NCBI GenBank assembly: GCA_051294905.1
Contig: CM119372.1
Coordinates: forward strand, 18,106,001-18,170,000
DNA from: Botryllus schlosseri
Taxonomy: Eukaryota
DNA length: 64,000 bases
Reading direction: 5' to 3'
Of this stretch, positions 12,817 through 25,502 are shown one piece after another. Under the pieces are notes generated by a model, which had not been told where the DNA came from, ran no database searches, and saw only the letters and a program-made list of their open reading frames with translations. Positions within the stretch are counted from its first letter, which is position 1. The number at the start of each line of letters is the position of its first letter. Made by a program: the position numbers and the translations under genes.

Positions 12817-14296
12817 ATCTAGCTCAACATGAATAATTGCGTGCTTTGCAAATCTTTGAGCACACCTCAGCTCTACCGGTAAATCCTATAATGATAACGT
12901 ATATATGCCAAACCGTCACAGAGTCGCACCCAATAACCCAATTGGGTGCGAGCTCGAATGGGGCCCAAATTATATCGTAAATAAACATAAATTTATAGAG
13001 TGTTTTTTTGGGTAGAATCATTAAACCTGAAAAGTTTTTTCGCGCTTGGCGCGATTTAATGTCGCGCTACAGGTCTCACTTTTAATATGAGTCGTCTACC
13101 TCATCCCCCCGAAAATATTAATATAGTTTATTATGTAGACGTATAGGCGTTTTTCCGCCCCATGTTCAATTGTCAGTTGTTCATATACATGGCTAAATGG
13201 TCGGCACCGAATAGTACTGCCTTGGCAATCTTAGAATTTACCGCACCCCGTGATGAAATGTCAACTTAGAATCATGTTTCTCACGAAAGACGATCTTCTT
13301 TTTGTTCAGTATGGTACATTTCACGAAATAAGAACATGCAGCGGATTAATTATTGACAGCGCCCGTCCCCTCGTGGATGGCTAAATTAATGAACTGTATA
13401 TCAATAATGTGCCCCAAAGTTTCGAAGACACCACCTCCCTTAGCTCCACCGGTAAAACTGATCACGTATGAAATTATATGAAATTGACAATATCCAGGCA
13501 TAAATTGGGACATTTCTTCGCACTTTGCGCCAGTATATAAGTTATACACGGTGTGCCTACATGACAATGAAGTCAGGCTTTCGAGTAGCCGCGACATGAG
13601 AGATCTAGGGGACAAAGCCCCGGGAGTTCAGTTGATCGCCCTATGAGGTGCCCAAGACCAGTGCAAGTAACAATATTATTGGCCAAATCAAACCTTCAAC
13701 TTTGAAAAATTCTCGCGCTGCATGGGCGCGGAAGTAGTGGCCCATTTCTCTTTTATAACATTGTGTCTGTGGGTGAAATATCTCCCTAAAAATTGTGTAG
13801 TCACCCAATATGAGCTCAAGACCATATATTTTTACTATTTTGTCTTATCTTCAAAAGGGGGCACGTCTTTTACCTCATCAAATTTTTTGTCCCCTCAAAA
13901 AAAATTTCTGGTTACGTCCTTGACGTTAACCTCACGTGCACACCATCCCTAGTAAAGAGATAAGCCCTTATAGTGCCGCTTCCTGTACACAGTGAATTGT
14001 CAATCATAAACCAACAAATTCCTCTGGTTTAATTGTGATGTTGAAGTTTTTTCTGTAAGATCATTCAATTCCCTTTAAGATGGAAATGGGATTCCGAAAC
14101 GTTGTATGTAGAATTCAGATCAACATATCCAAGCAATGTTCAGTTATCATTATTATAGGCCTACGTTTTGTGGTAGGTTACCACTGGCAAGCTTCACTGC
14201 TACGAGCAGGTGCACCGGATGACGGCATACTTGGATTAGTCAGGGATTTTCCTCCCTTTACCTTTCGATACTTGGCTATGCTTAATACTTACTACT

Positions 14297-15170
14297 TAGG
14301 AAGGGTGTGAAGTGAACCTCTGAAAGGTTCTGGTTCGTGTGAACGCGAACCTTTTTGAAAGGTTCTGTGTGAACGCGAACGTGATCGTCATGACGTCACT
14401 GAACGTCATATTGCTAATTCCAATTTCCAACCAGGGATATATAGAACTCTGAACTCTATATATCCCTGATTCCAACCCTACATTTCAGTGAAATAAAAGC
14501 CTATATTAGTATATAGTTCACAATACCTAGCGACGACTCGGGCCAGTTAATGCCACAATGCTGAAGTAGGCCTACATGTTGACGTTTTAAACGTCGACAA
14601 ATGTATCAACTGGGGCAATCAAATGACATAATAATCCCATAAAATCAATATCTTCCGTTGTTTCGCCGACCATTTCAACGATAACTTGCACGGGAATATA
14701 AGCTTACGCCTTAACGGTAGGCCAGACCGTACAATGCAGACAATGCAGACAACGATATCAATTCCATTGATTGGTTGAATAAGCATCATTAGCTGACTGC
14801 CTACATGTAGTATATTTCTCTCTGGACGCTGTGTGATTGCGGGTCAAGCTCACGGCAAAAATCCATTAATATTCACAAACGGAAAGCTGGATATTTCGAT
14901 CAAACTTTTCTAACAAACCTGGTAAAATGTTTGAGATTGTCAAGGTGCATGCTCGTTTGATGTTTATTTTTTATGCTGCCAGCTCCATACATAGAGTGGC
15001 CCACAGTTGAAATGCAATAAATTTCAACCAAAGGTGTTATAGTGAAGTGAAAATTGTAATAAATGAAAAAAGGTTCACAGTACCAAAGTTCGTTAGTGAA
15101 CTTGAACCTCTAAATATATGAGGTTCACGCACAGAACGCGAACGTGAACCTCGCGTTCACACCATCCCTA
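14297..15170. mobile_element. Complete copy of the gaacc/ggttc-repeat MITE family
   Basis: Imperfect TIRs taggaagggtgtgaa / ttcacaccatcccta. Flanks cttactac / cttactag. Homologous to 7729-8647. Confidence 0.8.
14432..14468. mobile_element. 37-bp TIR-only micro-element
   Basis: cagggatatataga-actctgaac-tctatatatccctg, with 8-bp TSD tttccaac/attccaac. Absent at the homologous position (about 7800) of the sister MITE. Confidence 0.7.
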
Positions 15171-17843
15171 CTTACTAGCATAAACCCACTATTATAATCA
15201 GGGCTGTGGAGTCGGAGTCGGATTTAGGCTAATTTTCGCTAAATGAACTCGGAGAGTCGGTGTTTCTTTTTACCGCGCCTTGGAGTCGGAGTCGGAGTCG
15301 TGACAACTATAGTGGCTGAAAGTCGGAGTTGTGGAAAAAATACTGACTGGAGTCGGAGTTCGTGAAAATGACCCTGACTCCGGCCCCGACTACAACTTCT
15401 TCATTATGAAAACAGTTGCTTCCAAAGGCATCTTTAAATTAGTAATAATACCTAAAATAGGAATTTTATGTACTATCAATCACTATTATCAGTAACGATA
15501 TAGATAAGGGGCGGTTAGCCCGTGGCCCGCGAGAAGGTTTTGTGTGGCCCGCGAGGTAATCATCGAAATTAGTTATAGCATCAGGCATGCATCAGGTAAA
15601 ATTGCAAGGCCAACCCAAATTTGATTAGCCTGACCGCGAAATTGATGACTTAAACATCAGTTCGGGCGCATTGACGTAACCAGGGGCCAGCCACATTCAT
15701 AGCAGATCCTCGTATATGACCATAAAGTAGAATATTTCGTAGCAGATTTAGTTGACTTGAAATTTTTCTTGGCTCTTCGTATGATTTATCGTCACTCGAT
15801 TTCTTCCATTTAGTACGCGTAATTTAATTGAGTCTAACTATATTCGCAATTAGGAGATAACGTGTCGTCCAACATGTGACTTCGCTTGTGCGCTCGCAGC
15901 GAGATCGTCGGCGATGAAACATTTGCACGAAATGATAGAAGCATGTTCACCGAAACCTTCGATATTGATCGAATTCATTCATCAGAATTCAGTTGCATAG
16001 AGGAAGAAAATCGCAAAATGCATCTTCGCGATGCAGTCATAGAATGATGCAATTTTTGGAATAATACCATGCTACTGTGACAGAGTAAATACATCGTCTG
16101 GTTTTGTAAAATTGTGAAATTGATGTGAATATATAACCAAACGCTGCTTACCACTGGACAAAATTAAAAATATTTGTAGTGTAGCTTAGCTGCTTGGGTC
16201 AAACAAATGATTAAGAAATACTGAATGTCCTAGTCGTTGAATACTTGTGTAAGTGCATGTTTTGCTTGTTTGAGGTATTCATGGGGTTTGTCGTCTACTA
16301 TGGTCATTTACGTCAGGCCAATTTTCTTGCTCGAGGGTGTTCAAAATTGCCTGCGCTTGTTCTACGAAACCTTTGATAATATTAATAATTTCCGTGCCGT
16401 CGTAACTGTATATATTAATTATCGCTCTCCCCAAATTACTGTGCGCGCAATGCATAAGGCCCGGACAGCGAGAGGCCTTAAACTGCCTGAAAATGGGCAT
16501 TGACGCCCTCGTGTCGGCGAGGGAAACTTGGAAAGGCACCGATACCATTCCACGAGGTCGTGGTGCCGTGGTGGACGTTGGTGTAAGTGAAATCCCTGCT
16601 TGACGTGGCATCGTAAACGATGCGAAGGGTACCTATACTTGATCACCTAAATATTATACCATAAGCGAGGTTCATAGTAAAAAAAAATCGGCGTTACTGT
16701 ATTTTCGTTTGTATGGGCTACATTAAAAGTTTATTGACATACAGAGCTAAACGATCACATATTACTCGCCGTGCGCTTAAGGTTATATTGATTGCTCTCC
16801 GTTCATTATGTTTGTCTTTATCGACACGTATTTGAAGAAGCAGATCCTAACTCATGCGATAACTGGCCAACGGGCAATGTCTATTCTTATATAGGCTAGC
16901 ATAAAATGAACTCACTGACATTTGCCGAGATGTGGTAACGCAGCCACTCATATAGCACAAGCACAATCGAAGTGTATGGAAATCTTGTATTAGTTAAAAT
17001 AAATTCAGGAAATAAGAAAGAATGCAAGCGAATTATATCTAGCTATACGATAGACTGGTAGTGGGTATGGATATTATTAATAATGATAATAAAGTTTCTT
17101 TTTGTACGGGCCTTCTCAGGCTGTGGTGATGTCAATTAGGAGATATAGTCGCGCCTCCGTGCATTTAACTCGACGTTGCGTCACTGGACTGGGCAAAATC
17201 GAGTACCTGAGTGATTCGATTCTGAATCACGTATTACGCTTCAAGTCGAGTATTCGAGTATCCCTCGTTATGACGTCACAACAGAATGTACTGCGTCAAC
17301 GTTCAAATATGTAAAGATATATGTAAATAGCAGGATTACAGGATTTTGAATTGGTTATGGCATGAATCCGCTAGTTTTCAGAAAACAGGTTGTAATCCCG
17401 ATTACACGGTCCATTGATGCTAGGCTTGAACGAATCGAGGATGCGAAGGCAGATACGGCAACACGGCCGGTATTGTAGGCCTATCTGGATTCCATTTTGT
17501 TTAGCTAGATTAGATCCGGATCAAGCTGTGGTCCGTTTTCCGTTATCTCTATTCTACCTTCAATATTGTTCACCGCTCCTGTTGTAATAAGATGGCTGCT
17601 ACGCACTTACGTAAGTATTATCCTATACTACTTCATGACATCCATTATTGCAGTGGTCGGCAACCTTTCGTGTGCTGCGTGCCAAAATATGTCAATTTCA
17701 AAAATATTACCAACTGGCGTTCCAAACATTTTGCGTTTTGGCATATTTATCGTTTCAAGCAAGGAATTCCACCTACCACTTATCTGTAGCGGACAACGGC
17801 ATCGGCTATGCCGGTGGTTCTCGAAGCATATGAGTCTCGAAAG

Positions 17844-18034
17844 CAATATTCCCTCTAATTTTTCACGAGTTTGCGCTCTCTCACCAACTCACTGCGCGGT
17901 CCCTTGGATAACAGTGCGTAACGACTAAAAAAACTTCATCGCCTCGGTTTTTTTGTGCGCAGCTTCGATTTTTTGCACAGAGACCGTGGAAGCACTGCGT
18001 AATTGCGCACGTGAGCAGCTTAGAGGGAACATTG
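17844..18034. mobile_element. Second copy of the 194-bp CAATGTTCCCTCTAA MITE
   Basis: TIRs caatattccctctaa / ttagagggaacattg. Degenerate TSD ctcgaaag/cctgaaag. Colinear with 12204-12397. Confidence 0.85.
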
Positions 18035-18800
18035 CCTGAAAGGTGTAATTCTGGTCGCTACCGCACCAAAGCTACCATTCAATATACGTAGGCTAATATT
18101 TGCTCAATTTATAGAACAGAAAAATTCGCGCTAAGATCGATCATCTGTGATTGCTTTGTAGTTTCCAAACCAGCTGTGTCGGTACCATAGCCAATAAGAG
18201 ACAAGTGCACTAACGTTGTTACGAGGGTATGGCTTGATCATGAAGAATGTGCCCACTGCCCAGTGCCTATATACCCCTGTATCATACAAGTCGGTTTGAT
18301 GATACACTAAAGATCGCGGTAAAGACTGACGCTGTTCAAAATATATTGAAATCGCTTGCACCTACCAGACGCAACTAGAATAAAATATCCTTTCGTGGGA
18401 CGAACACGACTCCAAATCCGCGTTACGTCGCGGAGCTCATTATTTTCTCTGTGGGTCTCATTTGCACGGTGTGGTTCAGACTTCCAGCTCAGCCCTATTC
18501 GCCGCCGACCATTTCGGCGCCTGGGGACGTATCAATATCGAATGCACATGCGGCGGTTATTTATTTCAAGGCTGTATCCCCGCCAATCACTTCAGGAGCG
18601 ATTTTCACAGAGTCGAAACGTTATATATCTTTGTGTCCCCTAGCTTAGAAGCACCCGGGGCCGAAATGCCGGATCCTAATAGTCGCGCTCCCACAGGCTG
18701 AACAGAGCGCACCTCTAGACTAAAGCATTCCAATGGCCACATATGCTTTTAGCGCCGTTCTCTCGCAATTGCTAATACGTTTGGAGACATTGCTGTATAT

Positions 18801-19677
18801 CAGGGGCGGGCAACATACGGCCCGCTGGTCGGATCCGGCCGGCGAAGGCATTTTGTCCGGCCCGCGGACAGTTTTCCTTCTTACATGTTAGTGTGGCCCG
18901 CGGCCCCAGTCATCCGAGATTTCCCACTACTTGCTTACATACGTCAAATTTTATTGACTGTATTACATTATACACGTATATGCGCAGCGAGCGAGGGTGG
19001 ATCATACGCGTAAGTTCGTCGAAGCGAGAAGACCTGTTGCATTATCGGCATTTACGATGTACTCAACCCTAATGTCATTTGTGGTAATCATGGTTTTTGT
19101 TGACTACAATGATCATTGACACCAGGCCGATATTTCTTATTTTTGATTCTGTAACCGTCGACTTGTAGCACGGCACACTTCTAGGCTTCTGCAAGACACC
19201 GCTTATGTCAGGGGTCGCCAACTCAAAGCGGATCGGGGGCCACTTTCTAATTTCGTAGAGACCGCGGGCCGCATGAATTCGATATCGAGATAAAATAGGC
19301 CACATAGTTGAACAACCACGCTATCTCGTCACCTACTAAACCCTGATGAATTGATATCTTGGTAGATTTGGGGTACCGGGCTTACCGAACGCCTTGAAAT
19401 CCTAATACAGAATTGCACCGTGTGTTGATTGATCAGAGAGAAGCAGACATGGTGGTGCCTGTATGACAATGATGTTCTCAAATCCACATTGTCTTCGTCA
19501 TTACTGGCGAGAAATGGCTTGTTACATTGCTGTCGTTAGAATAAATTCATTAAATACGATTTATTCTTTGAATATGTGAATAAATAGGCGAATAATGTAT
19601 CGATTCAGCAATCCGGCCCGCCAAGTTCTTAATTTTCCTATATCCGGCCCGCCCACCGGAGAAGTTGCCCGCCCCTG
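18801..19677. mobile_element. hAT (Charlie-like) MITE
   Basis: TIRs caggggcgggcaac / gttgcccgcccctg. Perfect 8-bp TSD ctgtatat. ggcccg subterminal repeats. Confidence 0.88.
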
Positions 19678-20102
19678 CTGTATATGAAGCATATTGTATA
19701 AGTACCATGGCCTGGTCAAGTATATTTTCGATGTATTTTGCGGCGTTATCCACACTAAATTCAAATCCGGTTCCAGTAACTCGCGCCAAGCGCGGAGAAA
19801 ATTTTCAAGATAAGTAAATCTGCCCCAAAAGATTAGATATTGATGTACAAAATAATTTTCAGTCACCTTCGAGCTTTTTCCATTTTGAAAACTTCTGTTT
19901 CACTTTTTGCAACAAACATGATCAATGATCATAACATGTCGTGTGCGTCAATTCATTTGTCGAGCCATGATAAATCATCTCGGGCGCCACAGTTGGCACG
20001 CGAGCCAGGGGTTGCCGACCCCCGCATTGCTGTGTACGGTCGTGCGGCTTGGATAAAGCCTGAGTGTTGTGCGTTGTGTAGGGCTCCGTAGATAATGTGG
20101 CC

Positions 20103-20428
20103 TAGGGTTACCACACGGCCTCTTTTGAGACGGTTTGTTCTCTTTTTTGACTTTTTTTAAAGTGTCTTCAGAGGACGCCCTTTTGTCCTCTTTTTTGAGA
20201 ATTTTAGTCAAATTTACGACCAAAGACGACTGAGATGCCGTAAATCAGCACTGAAGTTGGGCTCAGGCGGGTATTTCGGGAGCTGAGCCGGAGATGACCT
20301 TTTATTTAGTCAACCGACCACGAAGTGAGAAAAATTTACCATTTTTTCAGAATTCTCCACCGGTATTGTTAGTCTGAAAATTCTGAAAAAGTGTCCTCGT
20401 TTCAGATTTACAAAATATGGTAATCCTA
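20103..20428. mobile_element. TAGGGTTACCATA-family MITE
   Basis: TIRs tagggttacca / tggtaatccta. TSD atgtggcc/atgtagcc. Confidence 0.85.
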
Positions 20429-21246
20429 ATGTAGCCAATATCTGATTATCTTGATCGTGATGAAGTTATGCAAACCTACATAACGCAGTAAGCTACATGT
20501 AGTGTGAGTCCACTTAATCCCGTCGTGAATGAAAATAGGACATCAGATATAAGCAAAAATAGGTTTTATTGCAGGGCAAACAGTGTCTCTAACTATACTT
20601 ACTAATGATCGCTATACGAGCTCATTCAGATCACGTCGCGTCCGTGGTCTATGGCAGGGGCGTGCCCGTGAATGTTTGAATGTTGCGAGGCCCGCGAAAT
20701 GGCTTAAATCTGGTACGTTTGAGCTAAGGTAAAAACACTAGAATATACATGTACTGGCTTCGCAAATGAATAGTTTTTCAACATGCATTAAATAATTCGC
20801 GATTTACCACAAAGTATATTAATCATTGTCACGTGTTCCGTCCAATATCGAATTAAATTGACAAGATACGCCATCGCCGTTACCATTCGCGTAATGACAT
20901 TATGGGCTTTGTAACGACTCTATAGCAAACTGACGTCGACTCTATAATTCCTTCCCAAATGTTGGAGGTTTAAGTATGCTCCTCCTTGTCACGATGTCCG
21001 CGTATTTCTCTTTAAAAGCCTAGAAGATGACCGTGCTACAAGTCGTCAGATTCGGAATCATAATAAATATCGGCCAGGTGTAAATGACCAATGTCGAAAA
21101 TCGCCCTGAATAATCAAAACAAGAACTTAGTCAACCCAAACGAACATTAGTTTCACCGTGTTAACCTATCGGTGCAATTTGTCAAACAAGTTTCACACGC
21201 ACATTGCACATAGCACTGCGCAATGCACAATGCACATGCACGCCCC

Positions 21247-21956
21247 GGGGCGCGTAGCCAGCCGAAAATTGAGGGGTTTTGAAATAAAAGGAGAGGGGTT
21301 TCAATAACATTCAAGTACATGCTTCAAGACGATTATACAATCTCCTCGTGTTGACAAACTTACGCGCATGATAGGCTTGTCAACGAGTGCTGTCAATTAG
21401 CGAGTTCCTGATCTCTCGTGAACAATTAAATACGCGCGCTTGTCGGCGACGGCGACGATTTGCGCAAGTCAGAATGTCCCAGTAATGGAATCTGTTCTAT
21501 AATGGCACCGATTTCAGGTTATTCAAACCTTTCAGTGATTATATCTTTCGTATCAAGTCTATTGCAGATGCATTGTGTAGGCCAACTGTGATATCGTGCG
21601 CACCAGACGAAGCAGATGCGATTGTGCAGGCCAGCGATGGTATAGTGCGCGAATTGCAGACGCGTTGGAGATGCGATAAATCAGGCCAGCAATGATTGCC
21701 GAGCGCGGCAATCAATGGCCTAATTTCACAATCATATCAGCGGGAGATCGCGTCGCGTTACATTGTGCAATGCGCGCAGACGAATCTCGTTAATTGGCAA
21801 CGAGCTTCTCGCTAATTGGGCTGTGGGTGTGGCCGCGCGCGACACTTATGATACGACTAACTGAATTGCAGCTGAATATTAGTGACAGAATGGTTATTTT
21901 TAAAGGACGGGGTTTTGCGTTTCAAAAGGGGGAGGTTTCGACCCGCTACGCGCCTG
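21247..21956. mobile_element. hAT-type MITE immediately upstream of the scramblase CDS
   Basis: TIRs ggggcgcgtagc / gctacgcgcctg. TSD cacgcccc/cacacccc. Confidence 0.7.
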
Positions 21957-22140
21957 CACACCCCTGGTCTATATGTCAAGCTCGTTTGATTTCAAATCAG
22001 TGTGATTACAGCATGTATCGGCTATGCAATGGTAATTTTGAATAATAATAATAATTATAGTATATGATATATTCCTATATATTTATACGTTGTTATTCGT
22101 AGCCCTACATTTAATTGCTAACAACTACTAAAATCATCAG

Positions 22141-22932
22141 ATGGATACATCAGACGTGAAAATGCAGCCTGTCGCGGTTCAGGGTGGTACGGCAGTCGGA
22201 GTGCCTGTGCCTCCTGGAACTCAGGTAGTCTGGATGTTAAAGCCTCAAGAAATTCCGGGAGTTCCACGGGGATTGGAGTATCTTTCCGAGTTGGATCAAA
22301 TCCTAATGCATCAGCAAGTGGAACTATTCGAGGCTGTAACTGGAATCGAGACTAAAAACCGATACGCAATCAAAAACACAGTCGGCCAACAGTGCTACTT
22401 TGCATACGAAGAATCGGACCTGTGTATGCGTATTTGTTGCAAAAATCTTCGTGGATTCCAAATGCACATTGTCGACAACTTGGGCCAAGAAGTAATACAT
22501 GCATACCGGTCATTCCGATGTTGCATTGGTTGTTGCTGGTGCATTAGGGGAGATTACTGCGCCTTCACATTGAATGTGGACTCCCCGACAGGAATACCCA
22601 TCGGTAGGATAGTTCAAGAATGTTCTTCATGGAAGCCAAGATACGCCATCGAAAATGCGGAAGAAGATACCATCTTAGTTATCAGAGGTCCATGTTGTGT
22701 ATGGTCTGGAGCTTGTTGCACTTGCGATGTCTCCTTTCAGATTTTCACGCCAGACGAATCGCAATGCATCGGAGAAATAGCCCGCCAGTATTCCGGTTTC
22801 GCAAAGGAGCTCTTCACTGACGCCACAAACTTTGGCGTGACATTTCCCAAAGACCTTGATATCAAAGCAAAGGCTCTGCTCGTAGCAGCAACATTTTTGG
22901 TGGACATGATGTATTTTGAAAGGAACAATTAA
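22141..22932 (+). CDS. PLSCR: Phospholipid scramblase (PLSCR family), 263 aa, single coding exon
   Basis: PGVPRGLEYLSELDQILMHQQVELFE..ETKNRY..KN..GQ..YFA.EESD, Cys-rich CCIGCCWC, I.GPCC, the EF-hand-like motif DATNFGVTFPKDLD and C-terminal KALLVAATFLVDMMYFE are all PLSCR hallmarks. Confidence 0.96.
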   Translation: MDTSDVKMQPVAVQGGTAVGVPVPPGTQVVWMLKPQEIPGVPRGLEYLSELDQILMHQQVELFEAVTGIETKNRYAIKNTVGQQCYFAYEESDLCMRICCKNLRGFQMHIVDNLGQEVIHAYRSFRCCIGCCWCIRGDYCAFTLNVDSPTGIPIGRIVQECSSWKPRYAIENAEEDTILVIRGPCCVWSGACCTCDVSFQIFTPDESQCIGEIARQYSGFAKELFTDATNFGVTFPKDLDIKAKALLVAATFLVDMMYFERNN

Positions 22933-23705
22933 CGAGGAGTATAAACCAAGGCCATGCATGAATTTCAAGACTATGTGACAAGATAATAATTGTTTTGTCG
23001 TTGATATTTTATACAGCGTAATAACGAACGGACACTTCACTATACCATGTGACCCTTGCCAATTTGGTGACAATGATATTTCATTGATTGATCAATTTTA
23101 TTGGAACATTGCTTTTGGATTTCTATTCGATATTAATTCATAGGTAAAACTCAGCACTATTGGTGCGGTATAACATGTATAGTAATAACGACAGATGACG
23201 GTTTGTTTTTCATCGATTATATATTTTGTATTGTGACGGTGTCCTGTTTTCGAAGACACCTGCTGCATAGGACCGAAAGCAAATGACGCTGATGCTGCAA
23301 TAGCATAATAGCGATTACATAGCTGGCCTCAGGATACACTGTCGGAAGAGTCGTCGAATTGCAAGGTTTCGGCTCGTGTCAATTGTGAGCGCAAGTGGTG
23401 CTGCAGAATGTTAGTCAAAACGATTTGATGAATATCTTTTGATAGTCAACCAGCACCAATAAGCACTGAGCGAATGCTTTCTATCGTTTTAACTTAAACC
23501 CAATGTACCAAGGAAAAGAACAGGTTTAGTTAAAACAACAACCAAATCTCTGCTGCAGGTAAACCTAAAAGTAAGCCTTGACCATTTAACCAAATATGCG
23601 ATGAGCTACACGCAGGACCAAAACAGCACTTTGTCAGCTCCTTATGGTATATTGGGGCCATATAGTGTTTTCAGGCAAACCTATGTGGGGGTCGGCCCAC
23701 CAGAC

Positions 23706-25502
23706 CAGAGGTGGTCAAAGTAGTCAAGAAAGCTACTCAAGTAGAAGTAGCGACGAAAAAATCTACTCAAGTACGAGTAGAAGTACTTCTTCTATGAACA
23801 ACCTAAACTACTTGAAGTAGAAGTAGAATTGACTGACTTTAAAAGTACTCAAGTAAGTAAGTAGTTGTGAAAACGATCCTAATTCGTATTCGTTCACATG
23901 GATTGTAAAAAGGTGCAAATTGAGCTATGCGAAAGGTGACGAGCTTGATTCATATTGATGCATACCAGCAGGTATCCAATTTTCGATAGCATAAGGATAA
24001 GCATTCGTCCACATCATGGGATGAAAATGATAGTTTTAATACGGAAATTTGATACTAATCCTCTGTTTACTCAAACAGCACGTTTTAGAAAATATCATGG
24101 TATTGCGCACTCCCCCATACTATAAGGCCTGTAGTTTAGTCGAAGAGCAATACGGAGATGGTGTGTTGGATACGGTGTAAACTAGGCTTACCATACGTCC
24201 TCTTTTAAGAGGATTTGTCACTTTTTTGAAAGTGTCCTCGGAGGACGCCCTTTTGTCCTCTTTTTTGAGATTTTGTCCTCTTTTTTGAAAATTTAGGTCA
24301 GATTTAGAGGAAATTGCGAGTGATATGCCGCAAATTAGCGCAGAAGTGAAGCCCCGGCGGGTATTTCGGAGGGAAAAGTGGTGATTTCAGCTGTGAGCGG
24401 AAAGAAGACCTTTTTTTTTTTTTTTTTTTAGTCATCCACCTAGCTATGTGGAGTGAAAAACGTGTTTTTGAGTTCTGAGCGGAAGTGATGACCTTTTTTT
24501 TTTTTTTTAGTCGTCCACCTAGCTATGTAGAGTGAAAAACGTGTTTTTGAGCTCTGAGCGGAAGTGATGACCTTTTTTTTTTTTTTAGTCAACCGATCAT
24601 GAAGCGGGTGAAATTTACCTGATTTTGAGAATTCTTCTCCAGTTTTGCTTGTCTGAAATTTCTGAAAAAGTGTCCTCTTTTTTCATTTCCGAAATATGGT
24701 AAGCCTATGTAAACACATTGTGCGACTAGTAAGCGTTAATAAAAAATATGGTGGACCGTAAAAATGCTATATTGTGTAGCTTTATTTCTGGAAATTGAAG
24801 GCATTACTTCACTTGCTTTTATACTTCAACATGTACGTTATCCAGACAGAAGAACTGATATTAATTAGAAATCAAAATATATGGTACTGTGAATTGAAAG
24901 TGAAATATAAATCTAAAAACAGAACATGTATTTCATGTCTTTAGTCCAGAAAGTTTCGAAGGTTGGTATGCTAAAACAGCTCTAAAAATAAAGAAAAGTC
25001 AGAGTCCACTTTTCCAGATTAGAACACGCCATGAACAGCTAGATTACGATATGATAACTATAATGCTAGATTGCGAAACGTCAGTTTCAAACATTATGGT
25101 AAGCCATATATACTGTGATGAAATATTTGATATGGCGAAGGGTGACAATGCGGTGTGAACGAAACCACGCCAACCTGCTACCTAAATTATATTCACCGAT
25201 GCTTTCGTGAAATCATACTGGAAGCGCCACCAAAATTCCAGGCTTAACTCGACTTTTATGAAAATTAAATGTCGATACTCCGTGAAAACAGCCCCGAAAT
25301 TCCTCATGAGATCTTCCTGACTGAAGGATTAAACTACTTCTACTTGACAAACTGGAAATAGCGAAAAGTAAGTAAGTAGATCACAAAATATTATGAAGTA
25401 GAAGTAGTGAAATTCAGATCTACTTGAGTAAGTACCAGAAGTAGAGGAAAACTACTTGAGTACTTCGAAAAAGTAGAAGTACTTCGTTACTGACCACCTC
25501 TG
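23706..25502. mobile_element. CAGAGGTGGTCA-family hAT-type non-autonomous element
   Basis: TIRs cagaggtggtca / tgaccacctctg. Perfect 8-bp TSD caccagac. aagtag subterminal repeats. Colinear with 29582-30830. Confidence 0.92.
24183..24707. mobile_element. TAGGGTTACCATA-family MITE nested in the 23706 element
   Basis: TIRs taggcttaccata / tatggtaagccta. Direct repeat tgtaaac on both sides. Empty site in the sister copy at about 30055. Confidence 0.9.

Larger units (their letters stand above)
8648..13922. mobile_element. hAT-type non-autonomous element hosting four further insertions
   Basis: TIRs cattgacgtatccag / ctggttacgtccttg. 8-bp TSD acgtgaac/acgttaac. Confidence 0.75.
7729..13951. mobile_element. 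Split MITE (gaacc/ggttc-repeat family): body 7729-8647, right terminus 13931-13951, interrupted by a 5.3-kb nested stack
   Basis: Colinear with the intact copy at 14297-15170. The sequence stops at ...gaacgtgaac (8647) and resumes as ...ctcacgtgcacaccatcccta. Confidence 0.8.

Noticed and set aside
16237..16646. Overlapping ORFs with MHCAH, reminiscent of the hAT CxxH motif
   Set aside because: A single short motif with no supporting DDE or TRW blocks.
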